Below are positions 24,020 through 35,498 of a stretch of DNA of 64,000 bases, one piece after another. Below the pieces are notes generated by a model, which ran no database searches, was not told where the DNA came from, and saw only the letters and a program-made list of their open reading frames with translations. A program made the translations under genes and the position numbers. Source of the DNA: Podarcis gaigeae (taxonomy: Eukaryota); assembly GCA_964106915.2 (NCBI GenBank), contig OZ066919.1, one strand, 5' to 3'. Each line of letters begins with the position of its first letter. The first letter of the stretch is position 1.

Positions 24020-26232
24020 GTTGTGCATAATTTTTACTTTTATTATTAGCGTTTATTATTTCTACATTGCAAAAATAGTACATCTTTCTAGTAACTAAGC
24101 TAGTAACAAAATACATGTCAAACTTTATAGAGGTAGAATTACCTTAGAATCTGCCTATCGCTTACTCATATACAGTACATTTTATGTACATATGATAAAA
24201 AAATATTGAATTCAGTGATTAAACCAGCTTCAGTCAAGAAGAATTTATCCATCATAATTAGGACTATTTCCCTTCAAAATAATGATTTATTTTTTTAAAA
24301 AAACTCATCAGTAATTATCTCTCCTTGATATGACCAAAAAAATACATTCCTGGGGCGGTGTCCTGGTTTAGACAACAGTATCTTGGTTTAAATAAGAGAA
24401 GTGGAAAACTATAGTTACCAGCTTTGCAGCAAGCCAGGAAATTAAATCAACTTCAAACCTTGATTTAATATCCCAATTTCTTCTGAAGCTATTGCTCATA
24501 AATTTTCTGGTTTGGCTGAAATAGGAAATTATGGTTAGAGGTCTCTGGGTTTGATTGTTTGCCCTGTGAAGAGATGAGCGATGGGGCTGCATATGAATGC
24601 AAAGGTTTTGTTCTTATCTTGGCCAATTAAGCTGAGATGTGATTGTTTGAACATGACCAAGGAGTGCAGAGGTTTCTTCTTCACATAATATGAATTGTAA
24701 GTGAAATGAACGTTGCCATTTCACTTTCCCAATTATTGCACTCTGAGCGACACTGACAATACTGTAGACGGAAATATCAGAAGTGCAGTTATTTCAGAAC
24801 TAATTTTGAAGGGTTATGGTGAAGACCTACAATAGCATTGTTTGGAATAGTTCCGTGATTAAATTGAACTGGGAAAGAGACATGAGCGAAAAGCAACAGC
24901 ATTTACCGGTATAGTAAGTAGGACAGCATGAATGAACATGGAAGGAGTAAAACACAAAGAGGGGCATAGTTTTAACAGTGAATCTGCAATCCATAGTGGA
25001 AACATGCAACTCCTGCCTCCATGTCTAAATATGCAGCGACAAAATCTTTGCAACTATTACAACTTCAGACAGTACATGTCTTCCGTGCTATGCATAAACA
25101 CTTTGCTCACTATACACAGATGGATATTTCATCCTGGCTTTGCATTCTGATACAGTAGAGTTTCTGAAACTGAATTATACAGAAAAGGAAAATACAGAAA
25201 GGCAAGGCTCTAAAGAACAAAACGTCTTTGCAGAACAAATTACTGGGCTGAAAATGTTAACAAGGTAACATACTAATTATTTATTTAAAAATTACTTTCC
25301 CTTTCCATGGAAAAGACACTTCATTAAGGATGCTAGAACAGACCTGCTTCATAGGCATTCTATATCCCTTTGAAAAATGTCCATTTCAAACATTAGCATT
25401 TTCAAAGCCAAAGCAATGAGGCTGGTATTAACTTTCTTCCCACTATTAAAAATTATTTATAATACTGTAGCCACAGTGCATGAAAATAAAATCAGCAAGC
25501 AGCTCTGTTCTCAACGGCCAGGTTCAAGAGATATGAACAGGGGGCTTCCAAATAGGCACATAGATTTTTTAGTTGCCCTCTTCTGACACCTTGTTGCATG
25601 CTGCAGAAGCTGAAGGACCCTCTGAGATGCAGCAACCCACAAGGCTGAGGTGGGGGGGGGCTGCCACCCCATTCCCCTCCAGGTGTACACAGCAGTGGTT
25701 TTCACCCATTGCTTCCTCTGGGTGCTGGCTAATGTTTGAAATGTAAAGCAAGACATTTAAAAACACACACAGTTTTGAAAGGATTAAAAAAGTGAAGCTT
25801 AAATCAAAATATAGCCTATGTTTACACAATTTACTGTATAGATATTTATATACACACAAAATATTTTACTCAATATATATTTATATATATTTATATATAT
25901 ATATATATATACTTATATACACACGTTATAATAACACTGTTATCGAGAACCATAATTACAAATATATTGCTAAAATCCATTAGAAATATTCTCCGTTTTA
26001 AAATCTTGCATCTATACACAAAATTGTACTAGTCGTGAGTTTTAACTTCAGTGCGTTCGTAGTAGTCACTAACTGAAGTCTCTAGGTAATTCAGAGATTT
26101 TGGTGTCTTTAGCTCTAATCGTGTGTGAAGAGGTCTTGTCCCCTTGGGCTGGTTGTTTTCCCCACAACATTGCTCTTCTTGAAGAGAACCGAATTTTAAG
26201 AATTGTCCAGCTTTCACCGAAGCAACAAGGCT
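24020..26232 (-). other. CDC14A: CDC14A 3'UTR (~2.2 kb, inferred end)
   Basis: AT-rich stretch with no recognisable transposon after the stop codon, ending at tandem AATAAA hexamers (minus strand) at 24057-24052 and 24044-24039. Confidence 0.6.
24039..24057 (-). terminator. Tandem polyadenylation signals (AATAAA x2), probable CDC14A 3' end
   Basis: Plus-strand tttatt at 24039-24044 and 24052-24057. Confidence 0.55.
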
Positions 26233-26262
26233 TTAGTACTGAACATATTCAGACTGAAGGGA
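26233..26262 (-). CDS. CDC14A: CDC14A terminal coding exon (exon 16 equivalent): SLQSEYVQY*
   Basis: gcacag|TCC CTT CAG TCT GAA TAT GTT CAG TAC TAA; matches human SLQSEYVHY*. The 11 exons sum to 1402 nt (1 + 467 codons), in frame throughout. Confidence 0.95.
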   Translation of the reverse strand, partial: SLQSEYVQY

Positions 26263-26601
26263 CTGTGCAGGCAAGAAACAAAAACTAGCGTTAAGATTCA
26301 GTTAAGAGACACAGTGAGGTTCAATTAACAATCAACTTTTCCACATCAAACAAGCTTGTCATTATGATTATTTTTGTTCTAAAAACAAGACAAAAAACAC
26401 TGACTAGAGAGATCCAGGGCTGGCCAGGAAGCAAAGTTAATACACTTACACTATGAAAAATATAGTACAAATGGACATCTGGAAGAGTAAAAGGGAAGTG
26501 GTAAAATCAGGTTTCCCAAATGTCTGCTAGCTGAGGCACACCCCCATTTAAAATGGGAGGCACGCTCGGGCCTTTACAACCAGGCAAGTTTACATTTAGA
26601 G

Positions 26602-26726
26602 CAGTGTTTCCCAAACTTAGGTCTCCACCTGTTTTTGGACTACAAATCAGATCATCCCTAGTTAGTGGGACCAGTGGTCAGGGATGATGGGAATTGTAGT
26701 TCAGTATCCAAGTTTGTGAAACACTG
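26602..26726. mobile_element. hAT MITE (URR1-like core)
   Basis: TIR CAGTGTTTCCCAAACTT / AAGTTTGTGAAACACTG; TSD attt(a/g)gag. Confidence 0.85.
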
Positions 26727-28566
26727 ATTTGGAGTGTGAAAGAGGAAGAATTACCCGCCCTCAGAGGAATCTACTTCCTGGTGTTTCTCTGCAAGAGTCT
26801 CTTATCTGGCCTTTCCTCCTTTATATCACGAAGAAGGCGACCCCAGTAGAGAGACTCATGCAGACACACAAGGGACGTTCTTCCTTGAAGACGCAAATTT
26901 TGATGTGGTTTTGTATCAGCTGCAGCCATGCAGAGACAGCAAAAATTAACAGTAAGATTGGGCTGGAAAAGCACTTCAGCTAATAGGATCTTTTAAATAA
27001 GGACTCTTTTTCCTGTAATGTATAGTGTGTCCCACAAAAACCAACGGAACTACTATAGCATACTTCTTTTGTGTTATGGTAATTAAAGATGAATGTTAAA
27101 TTATGAGGAATAGAAATGTGTTGTTTTTCTTTTTTTTCTTTCTTTTTGGCAACTGACGAATCTTCAGAGACCCACTTTGTTCCACAGTACTCCACGTTTT
27201 CATTGTTGCTACCAATTAAGAATTCTTGCTGCCTTTTGCATTAAGTGCTTTAAAACAAAAGGCGCAGTCATAATCACCTCTAAAATTCATCTCCGTAAAG
27301 AAAGTGGCAAGATGAAATTGCAGTAATTTGTAGTTTAATCGCATTCACTTTAGCTTCAACAATGAAAGAACGCCCTTCAGGTTTTAACTTTGTTCAGGAA
27401 GTGAGTGTAGCATGGCTAACTTGTTTTGAAATAGCAGCACACTTTAAAGCACAATGAAACATTTTAGCTATACGTCTTAGAGAAGGGGAAGGAGCAGTAG
27501 GAAGTACAAATGAGAATCAACAGTGCTGCAAGCAGCAAAGATGGATGGGGGAGAAAGTTAGCAGAGTTAAGAGCAAGCCATAAAATTGCATTCCGTAGTT
27601 AGTGTATATTGCATGCCGGTATTTGTATTAACAAAGCCCTGTGGACTCTGAGAAGAGAAAGTGGATTTCAAAGGGCGACTTTTGAAACCCTGCTCATTCT
27701 TGCAACTGGCACAAGTATTATCCACGAGACTGCTCATCGTTTGTCCCAAACCTAAGCTCACTTACCTGGCAGTAAGCTCCAGTGAAGTCAATGGGACTTA
27801 CCTCCAGGTAAATATGTTAGAAGAAACCCTTCCAGCCACATGCCAGCTAAGACAGATAACACCGAAAAGACCTCGTTCAATTGCAGGAGTAACTTTACTA
27901 AGGCATCTAAGAAGGGAGAAAGCTGTACGCAAGCCCCCACAGGTTTATAATGGTCCAAAGGTCAGTGTAATAAAGTGTCAACTATTAGAACTGTCAACTA
28001 TCAATGCTCGCATCCTGCTGGTCTGCTATTTCTCCCATCATTGTGTTTACTTGTTTGAATAACATTTCCGGATTAAGTTAAAAACAAAAACCCTTACACA
28101 GTAGAATATGCTCCATGTTATCAGAACAAGCCCAGATTCTTCTCTCCATTTGGTTATGCATGTGTGCATGTACCTATATAAAGAGACATGCTCTCCATCG
28201 TTTAGAAGTAATCAAAGCTGCTGGTGGAAAGCTGTATCTATATTCACGGAAATGGCTGTTGGCAGGCTGCGTGCTGTACCCATGTAAATAACCATGTGAA
28301 GAAAATGTGCAGACACTGAATGTTTGAACCAGCCTTGACTTGTGCTGCGTATTCACAGCGCTGGAGCCAGTCTCTGCCCATTTGACAGAAGAAAAAGCGA
28401 ACATAACAATACACCCAATGTGTAAATTTCTAAATACGGCACAAGCAATGAAGAATTAAAATGTCAAAGTTTTGCTTTGTGGTCTCCGTAGTGGGGAAGA
28501 TTTTTCTATTTTGGAACTCAAAACGCCCATCTTGCCTTCCTTATCTTCTTTGTAGCAATAATAATA

Positions 28567-29918
28567 CAGTGGTGCCCTGCAAGACGAAGGCCTCGCAAGA
28601 CGAAAAACCCGCTAGACGAAAGGGTTTTCCGTTTTGGAGGCGCTTCGCAAAACGAATTTCCCTATGGGCTTGCTTCGCAAGAAGAAAGCCCATAGGGAAC
28701 TCTCCGGGGACCTCTTTTAAATGCTAGCGGTGGGGAGCAAAGCCTTCCCCCCCCCTCCGGCCTTCAGAAGATGTCCAGGAAGGCCGGCGGGGGCCGAAAG
28801 GCTTTGCTCCCCACCGCCAGCATTTTAAAAGCAGTCCGGGATAGCAGGGAAGCACTTCCCGCTATCCCGGATGGCTTTTGAAGGCAGGCGGCGGGGGGGG
28901 GGGAGCAAAGACTTTCGCCCCCCACCGGCCTTCAGAAGAGGTCCTGGACCTCTTCTGAAGGCGGGCGGGGGGCAAAAGTCTTTGCTCCCCCCTGCCTGCC
29001 TTCCGGGAGAGCGGAGAAACGCAGCGCTGCGTTTCTCCGCTCTCCCGGGAAGGCAGGCAGGGGGGACAAAGACTTTTGCCCCCTGCCCGCCTTCAGAAGA
29101 GGTCCAGGACCTCTTCTGAAGGCCGGTGGGGGGCGAAAGTCTTTGTCCCCCCTGCCTGCCTTCCCGGGGGCTTTTAAATCGCCCCGGGACAGCGGATAAT
29201 TCCTCCACTGTCCCGGGGCGATTTTAAAATGCTGGCGGGCAGCAGCGCTGCCGCCCGCCAGCATTTTAAGATCACCCCAGACAGCGGAGACTTCTCCGCT
29301 CCCGGGGCGATTTTAAAATGCTGGCGGGCGGCAGCGCTGCTGCCCGCGAAGCCTTCGCTGCCGCCCACCAGCATTTTAAAAACCCCGGGACAGCGGAGAA
29401 GTCTCCGCTGTCTGGGGTGATCTTAAAATGCTGGCGGGCGGCAGCGCTGCTGCCCGCGAAGCCTTCGCTGCCGCCCACCAGCATTTTAAAAACCCCGGGA
29501 CAGCGGAGAAGTCTCCGCTGTCTGGGGTGATCTTAAAATGCTGGCGGGCGGCAGCGCTGCTGCCCGCCAGCATTTTAAAATCGCCCCGGGAAGTCTCCGC
29601 TGTCCCAGGGGCTTTTAAAATGCTGGGGGACAGCAGCGAAGGCTTCGCTGCCGCCCGCCAGCATTTTAAGACCGCCCCGGGACAGCGGAGACCGCCCCGG
29701 GAAGCGGAGAAGACAGCAAAGACTTTCGCCCCCCACCGGCCTTCAGAAGAGGTCGGGGGACAGACTGTCCCCAGACCTGGTCTGAAGGTGGTTTCCATAG
29801 GAATGCATTAATTGATTTTTAATGCATTCCTATGGGAAACCGTGCTTTGCAAGACGAAAAACTCGCAAGACGAAAAGACTTGCGGAACGAATTAATTTCG
29901 TCTTGCGAGGCACCACTG
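28567..29918. mobile_element. 1.35-kb Tigger/Tc1-mariner-type non-autonomous element filled with GC-rich palindromic and tandem repeats
   Basis: TA|CAGTGGTGCCCTGCAAGACGAA ... TTCGTCTTGCGAGGCACCACTG|TA; a second copy begins at 63974. Confidence 0.9.
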
Positions 29919-29934
29919 TAATAAAAACTTTCTA

Positions 29935-30160
29935 TAGTGGAGCCTCGGGTTACATTGACTCCGGCTTATGTCACCCTTGGCTTGAGACCAGTGCAAACCC
30001 GGAAGTACCGGAACGGGTTACTTCCAGGTTCGTGCCGTTTGCACATGTGCAGAAGCGCTAAATCGTGCACATGCGCAGACGTGATGCTTTGGGTTGTGTT
30101 GTTTTTGGGTTGTGGCGGGGCCTCCAGAATGGATCCCCGCCGTAACCCAAGGTTCCACTG
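29935..30160. mobile_element. Tigger-like MITE
   Basis: TAGTGGAGCCTCGGGTTAC ... GTAACCCAAGGTTCCACTG|TA. Confidence 0.8.
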
Positions 30161-30711
30161 TATATGCTTTTGAGATTTTTCAGAGACTTTCATAAGGATG
30201 AGCTAAGCCAGCTTTTACTCAGATGAAGGGAGCAAAAAAGGACACAGACCCCAGGAGGACTCAATTTTTGGCCGTGTATTTGTTGCATCTACACTTTCCC
30301 CCCAAATTACTTTCCTATTTCCAAGTCTAAGTGACGTTGATTAGAAGTATAGCAAGGCACTTATGATTAAGATCAACGTTTTGACACAGTACATTTGTTT
30401 TTGACTTTCTTGCCAACAGGTGCAGGCCCTAAACTGCTTCTCTAATGTTATATTTTCCTAAAGTGTGTGCCATTCTGCTATCATGCCATCAAGCAGGCTG
30501 CTATGTACAGTCAGAACTAATCTAATCTTATGTATGCAGATCCTCCAATATGAAATGTAATCTACCTATTATAGCCTGCTGTGCAACCAAAGATACATTC
30601 CTGGCTATATAATCAATTTGCATTGAACAAGAGATGTTTCTGAGCAAGATAAATAAAAGCCAAGAGCTGTCATTAAATATTTCAAATGCAGTATGTATGT
30701 CCTACAGCCCA

Positions 30712-31068
30712 GAAAGGTAAAGGTACCCCTGCCCGTACGGGTCAGTCTTGACAGACTCTAGGGTTGTGCGCTCATCTCACTCTAGAGGCCAGGAGCCAGC
30801 GCTGTCTGCAGACACTTCCGGGTCACGTGGCCAGCGTGACAAGCTGCATCTGGCGAGCCAACACAGCACACGGAACGCCGTTTACCTTCCCGCTGGTAAG
30901 CGGTCCCTATTTATCTACTTGCACCCGGAGGTGCTTTCGAACTGCTAGGTTGGCAGGCGCTAGAACCGAACGACGGGAGCGCACCCCGCTGCGGGGATTC
31001 GAACCGCCGACCATGCGATCAGCAAGTCCTAGGCGCTGAGGTTTTACCCACAGCACCACCCGCATCCC
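30712..31068 (-). mobile_element. Sauria SINE (same subfamily as 11246)
   Basis: aaaggtaaaggtacccctgcccgtacggg tail; perfect TSD tgtcctacagccca (30698-30711 / 31069-31082). Confidence 0.93.
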
Positions 31069-31388
31069 TGTCCTACAGCCCAATTCCATATTAAATGCAT
31101 TCAGTATGGCCTGCAGCCCAATTCAAACCTATCTCTTTCCCCTCCCCATCCGATTCTTAACTTTCTTTTGTCTCAATCTGCACTTAGTGGCAGACAGAGA
31201 GTGGAGGATTAATGTACCTAACAGGGCTACCATGATTTTGAGTAGTCACAACTGTATTGTTTTTCAGTAACATGGCAGCTATAGAGACCCTACCAGATCT
31301 GCTTGCGCACCATTATTCATGGGAATCATACTGTAAGTGAACTGTGACAAACTAGTTGTCCGATCCATTTTTGTTACATTAAAGGATG

Positions 31389-31390
<2 letters not shown>

Positions 31391-31425
<35 letters not shown>
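31391..31425. repeat. (AT)n microsatellite
   Basis: ~17 AT units. Confidence 0.95.
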
Positions 31426-31429
<4 letters not shown>

Positions 31430-32780
31430 CCCTTCCACCTTTCTACCAAACTCAAACATTCAGGAGATTTAGCACAAGCCTCTGCTACAGAATAATATTC
31501 CAAAATGTAATTTAGAACACCTGCAACTTAAGGTAGCATATGCCAGGAAAAAAGCACTGAGAAATGGTCTGCTTCAGCCATGGTGCCTTCCTTTTATAAC
31601 ACCTTAAAACTGCTGACATTTTATGGTGTTTTATACAATGTTCTGATACAAGAAACTCAATTAAAAACAAATGCACTTTTTATATATATATAAAAAAGGC
31701 AACTGTCACAGACACTTCTTGCAATAAACTTCTGGGATTACAATATTATTTCCAAAGAGAGAAAAATTACAGGTTTTTTATCCCTAAGTGAAGCAAGATG
31801 CTGGATGCTCTCAAGAGCACCATCACAAATCTTCAGGAACAAATTAATATGAAGAAACCCAATTCTCAGTTCTGGGAAGCAGGTTTCCACACTAACCTCA
31901 AATGACCTTTATGACAGATAACTCATGCCAAAGTAGCTGAAGGTGCTGGTTTTGGCTTCAGATACTGCGGTATTCACTAATAGTCGCAATAATTCTGCAG
32001 CCTGATCCTAGGCACTGCTGTGCTGGACCATTAAACAGTATTCAAAGAAGTCAGGGGGGGTTTAAAGAAAGGGTTTTAAAAATAAAAATTGCAGCATGTA
32101 CAATTTGAGGTAGATCATGGAATGTAAAAGAAACATATATTGGCTTTTCTGTCTGGAACTTTCAAAAATATAATGAAAGTATGTCAAATACTATTCATTA
32201 ATAGTATGTACTTAAGTTAGCTGCACATTTCATTCACACATAGGAAAAAGGCACCATAAAGATGAAAAGTTTTAGAAGATATAAAAATAGGGAAGCTTGT
32301 TTTTAGGGCAAGTAAAAGACTTCCATTGTTTTAGTCCATTACATCGTTTTACAAATTGGGCCGATTCTTTTATAATGGTGAGAATGCTACACCCTATTTA
32401 ACTTTGTTTATGCTACCTTTAAATACATCTAATGACTCAGGAAGACCTCACACTGTCAGGTGAGCTTCAGGTTTCCAGCGTTTTACTATGAATGATTTGA
32501 AATGGATAAATTAATGCAAGAATGATAAGCTCATGGAAGATGTTAGAGAGTTAAAAGATCTGCTTTTTAGAGCAAACGTTGAAGAAGCAGAAGTAAAGAG
32601 CAGCTTATCGGTTCGGCTTAGAGGAAATGGCAAAGGTGAAAAGATCTGCATGTCCTAGGTAGGAAAAAAAGACCAGAAACTGAGATCTAGAATGGTTAGA
32701 AACCCTTTTGAGAGAGAGAGCTCAGGCTTAAGGGAGATTCTGTCAGGTTCCTGGAAGGGCTGCTTTGGCTGTGAACTTAC

Positions 32781-33105
32781 AGGAATTGAGCGACTCAGGT
32801 ATCTTGCTGGAGAAGCAGCGAGCCCCGTAAAGGATCTGTAGGTGCTGTACTCGTCTGTCAGGACGCTGGGAGAATTGGCATAGCTGTTGAGGTTGGTAGC
32901 GCTACTGCCGCTCCTGTTGTACATGTTGTTGTTCTGCTCATGGTAATTTCTGGCAGGCAGGTGCGCGCTGCCATTCAAGTGACTGCAGATTTGGTTTACA
33001 GAATAACCTGTCCTAGAGGACGATGATGTCAGTTTGCTCTCGGCATCATCTGAAGCGGCATACAGGTTCCCTAGAGAACTGGCTAGCCTGGAGTTTATGG
33101 AAATG
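32781..33105 (-). CDS. CDC14A: CDC14A exon 15 equivalent (325 nt): ISINSRLASSLGNL...ARYLSRSIP
   Basis: gttcag|C ... CCT|gtaagt; SINSRLASSLGNL, RNYHEQNNN and LSRSIP match. Confidence 0.95.
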
Positions 33106-33708
33106 CTGAACGGAAAACACATGCGGGGTAAAAACACACACACACACACAAAATGTACATAACGTGATGGTTAATGCAAGGCACATTTATAAAAGGTACT
33201 AAGGGGGAGGAAACAACGAAAGAACCATTGTCACAAAATTAAGTGATGGCGATACACAGCTTCATTCTTTCACGTAAGGCAAACGATGAAGCAACCATCA
33301 AAAAGGCCTGGAATTGTAAGTGAAGACCATCCCCAAAGCCATGCGTAAGAGATGACTATGGATATTTGGAATTTCCTAGGTCCTGGCTGATTCATTTGCT
33401 ATTTATCTATTTCTTGGTTCTATAAACAGCTGAAAAGTGCTGGGGGGGGGGAACTCTGTAGAAACCCCTGTATGTGGATATTTTAATAGAGGGCCCCTCT
33501 CAGCATCACAGCCACAGTTGCATTAGTACTCAAGGCCACTTGTTCAGACTATCAAACTAATTTACCACAATCAGCAGTCCAATCACAAAGACCAAGATGC
33601 AAATCTATGAAACTGAGATCCATTTCCCCCTCCAAAAAAACTTGATATTGCCCTTCCTTTATATCTCCCCACCCCGCAAAGGAAAAGATAGACTAGAGTA
33701 AGGCATAC

Positions 33709-33840
33709 CTTTTAAAATTTGGGCTTGAGGAGGAGTGAGAACTTCTGCTTATTCTCTTCACTGCAGGTGATGTAGCAGCAGCCACTTTGGAGGACTTCAA
33801 AGGAGATACAGATCCCTGAGAGATAGATGCCGTATTCAGT
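33709..33840 (-). CDS. CDC14A: CDC14A exon 14 equivalent (132 nt): LNTASISQGSVSPLKSSKVAAATSPAVKRISRSSHSSSSPNFK
   Basis: (ttc)n tttcag|A ... AG|gtatgc; QGS-LK-SK and KRI-R similarity; frame preserved. Confidence 0.9.
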
Positions 33841-34406
33841 CTGAAAGAAGAAGAAGAAGAAGAACAAAAGTATGTTTTAATCATTTAGACAGAAGCATCT
33901 CGCTTAAACTAACATTTTGAGAAACGCAAGCTTAATACTTAGGCTACCTATTGGTAGGACAGAAACCACTGGGGAAATCATTTGGGGATTTGGGATATAG
34001 TGACCCCAGTATATTGATAAGATGCAGATTATCTTCTCCCAGAGTTCCATCAAATCCCAGAGAGGCAGTGGAAACACCACTCTAGGCGTCTGAGGTTAGC
34101 GATGCTCAGCAAACAAACAAACTAGCCTGGTGAGATGGAACCACTCAAGACTGTTATATGGACCAATTCATGCAAAGTGCTGTGCCCTGAAGACTCAGGT
34201 CCCCAGTCTGGATGTACTCTTAGATGCTGTACAACTGTCAAGGAAACTGCTCACAGAGATAATTTGAATCATGAAGAGCCACCCAAGTGAATATATTACA
34301 ATGCATGGAGCAGGTTCAGAGCTGGGGCGGGAAACCTCTGGCACTCCAGATGTTGCTGCATTCCCAACTCCCAGCCCCCAGCCAGCATGGCCAGGGATAA
34401 GGGATA

Positions 34407-34645
34407 CAGTGGTACCTCAGGTTAAGTACTTAATTCGTTCCGGAGCTCTGATCTTAACCTGAAACTGTTCTTAACCTGAAGCACCGCTTTAGCTAATGGG
34501 GCCTCCTGCCGCTGCGCCGCCGCTGCACGATTTCTGTTCTCATCCTGAAGCAAAGTTCTTAACCCAAGGTAATATTTCTGGGTTAGCAGAGTCTGTAACC
34601 TGAAGCGTATGTAACCTGAAGTGTACGTAACCCGAGGTGCCACTG
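34407..34645. mobile_element. Tigger-like MITE nested in a URR1-like hAT remnant (~34320-34700)
   Basis: TA|CAGTGGTACCTCAGG...CCGAGGTGCCACTG|TA; flanks read cccaactcccagc...gggata and atgggaactgta. Confidence 0.85.
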
Positions 34646-35215
34646 TAATGGGAACTGTATTCCAATAATAAGTGGAGGGCCACAGATTAGCAAACCCTGC
34701 TTTAGAGATTTGGTTTCAATTACCACATCACTTCAAAGACTCACATTCAGAAGTCCACACTTATCTGTGTGGAAGAATGCATTTAAAGCCATTAAGCAGA
34801 TGAGTCAGGGCAGCTTTCTGAATACGCATTTTGCTCGCTGGAATGATGCTCAAAGTCACTTTCAGTGTGGGATAATTTTAAGAGAAGGAAAGGTTTATAT
34901 ACATATTTACTTGTGAATCAGACACAAGAATGGCTCAGCGACATTCCCAACATTTAACATACCCACGGCAGGCTCACAAGGAGAAGTAGGTATAAAATAT
35001 GTCCCACTGCAAAAGGCCGTTAACGGGAGCAAATTCCAACAACAGTTCTCTGAACATGAATTGTGATATAAGAAGCGGCTCTAACACACACAACTTACAG
35101 GGACAGTCACTTTTAAGTGAGAGGGCGAGGGGGAAACGGGACGTTTCAAGATCTGCCAAAAAGTCAGTGAAAATATAATCCAAATTGCTTCTCTGTGAAC
35201 TATGGAAATAAGTAC

Positions 35216-35263
35216 CTGAAAGGCTGGGACCTGGATCTGGAGTGCAGTTTCATATCCTCAAGC
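35216..35263 (-). CDS. CDC14A: CDC14A exon 13 equivalent (48 nt): LEDMKLHSRSRSQPF
   Basis: ttctag|G ... AG|gtactt; same size and phase as the human SDDTKGHPRAVSQPFR exon. Confidence 0.9.
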
Positions 35264-35359
35264 CTAGAAAATCAATGGCATTTTAAATCAAAAGTATTCC
35301 CACTATACAGCCAAACCTAAAATCCTTAAAATATATACAGTATAATAATCTAATTAAAG

Positions 35360-35498
35360 TCAAAACAAAAAAAAAATCCTTCCAGTAGCACCTTAAAGAC
35401 CAACTAAGTTAGTTCTTGGTATGAGCTTTCGTGTGCATGCACACTTCTTCAGATACACTGACTATGGCAGACCAACACGGCTACCTATCTGTAACTGG
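35360..35498. mobile_element. Short Penelope-like (PLE) insertion, internally inverted
   Basis: Contains gtagcaccttaaagaccaac, the hammerhead and cagaccaacacggctacctatctgtaac; 13-bp TSD aatctaattaaag (35347-35359 / 35499-35511). Confidence 0.8.
35419..35456 (-). ncRNA. Minimal type I hammerhead ribozyme motif, sense to the CDC14A pre-mRNA (intron 12)
   Basis: Minus strand reads GTAT-CTGAAGA-A-GTGTGC-AT-GCACAC-GAAA-GC-TC-ATAC; core identical to the 63335 copy. Confidence 0.78.

Noticed and set aside
28825-29811. Many repetitive ORFs and a regularly spaced palindromic array resembling CRISPR
   Set aside because: Vertebrate intron; units are identical tandem copies with no unique spacers, enclosed by MITE TIRs, and no cas genes are present
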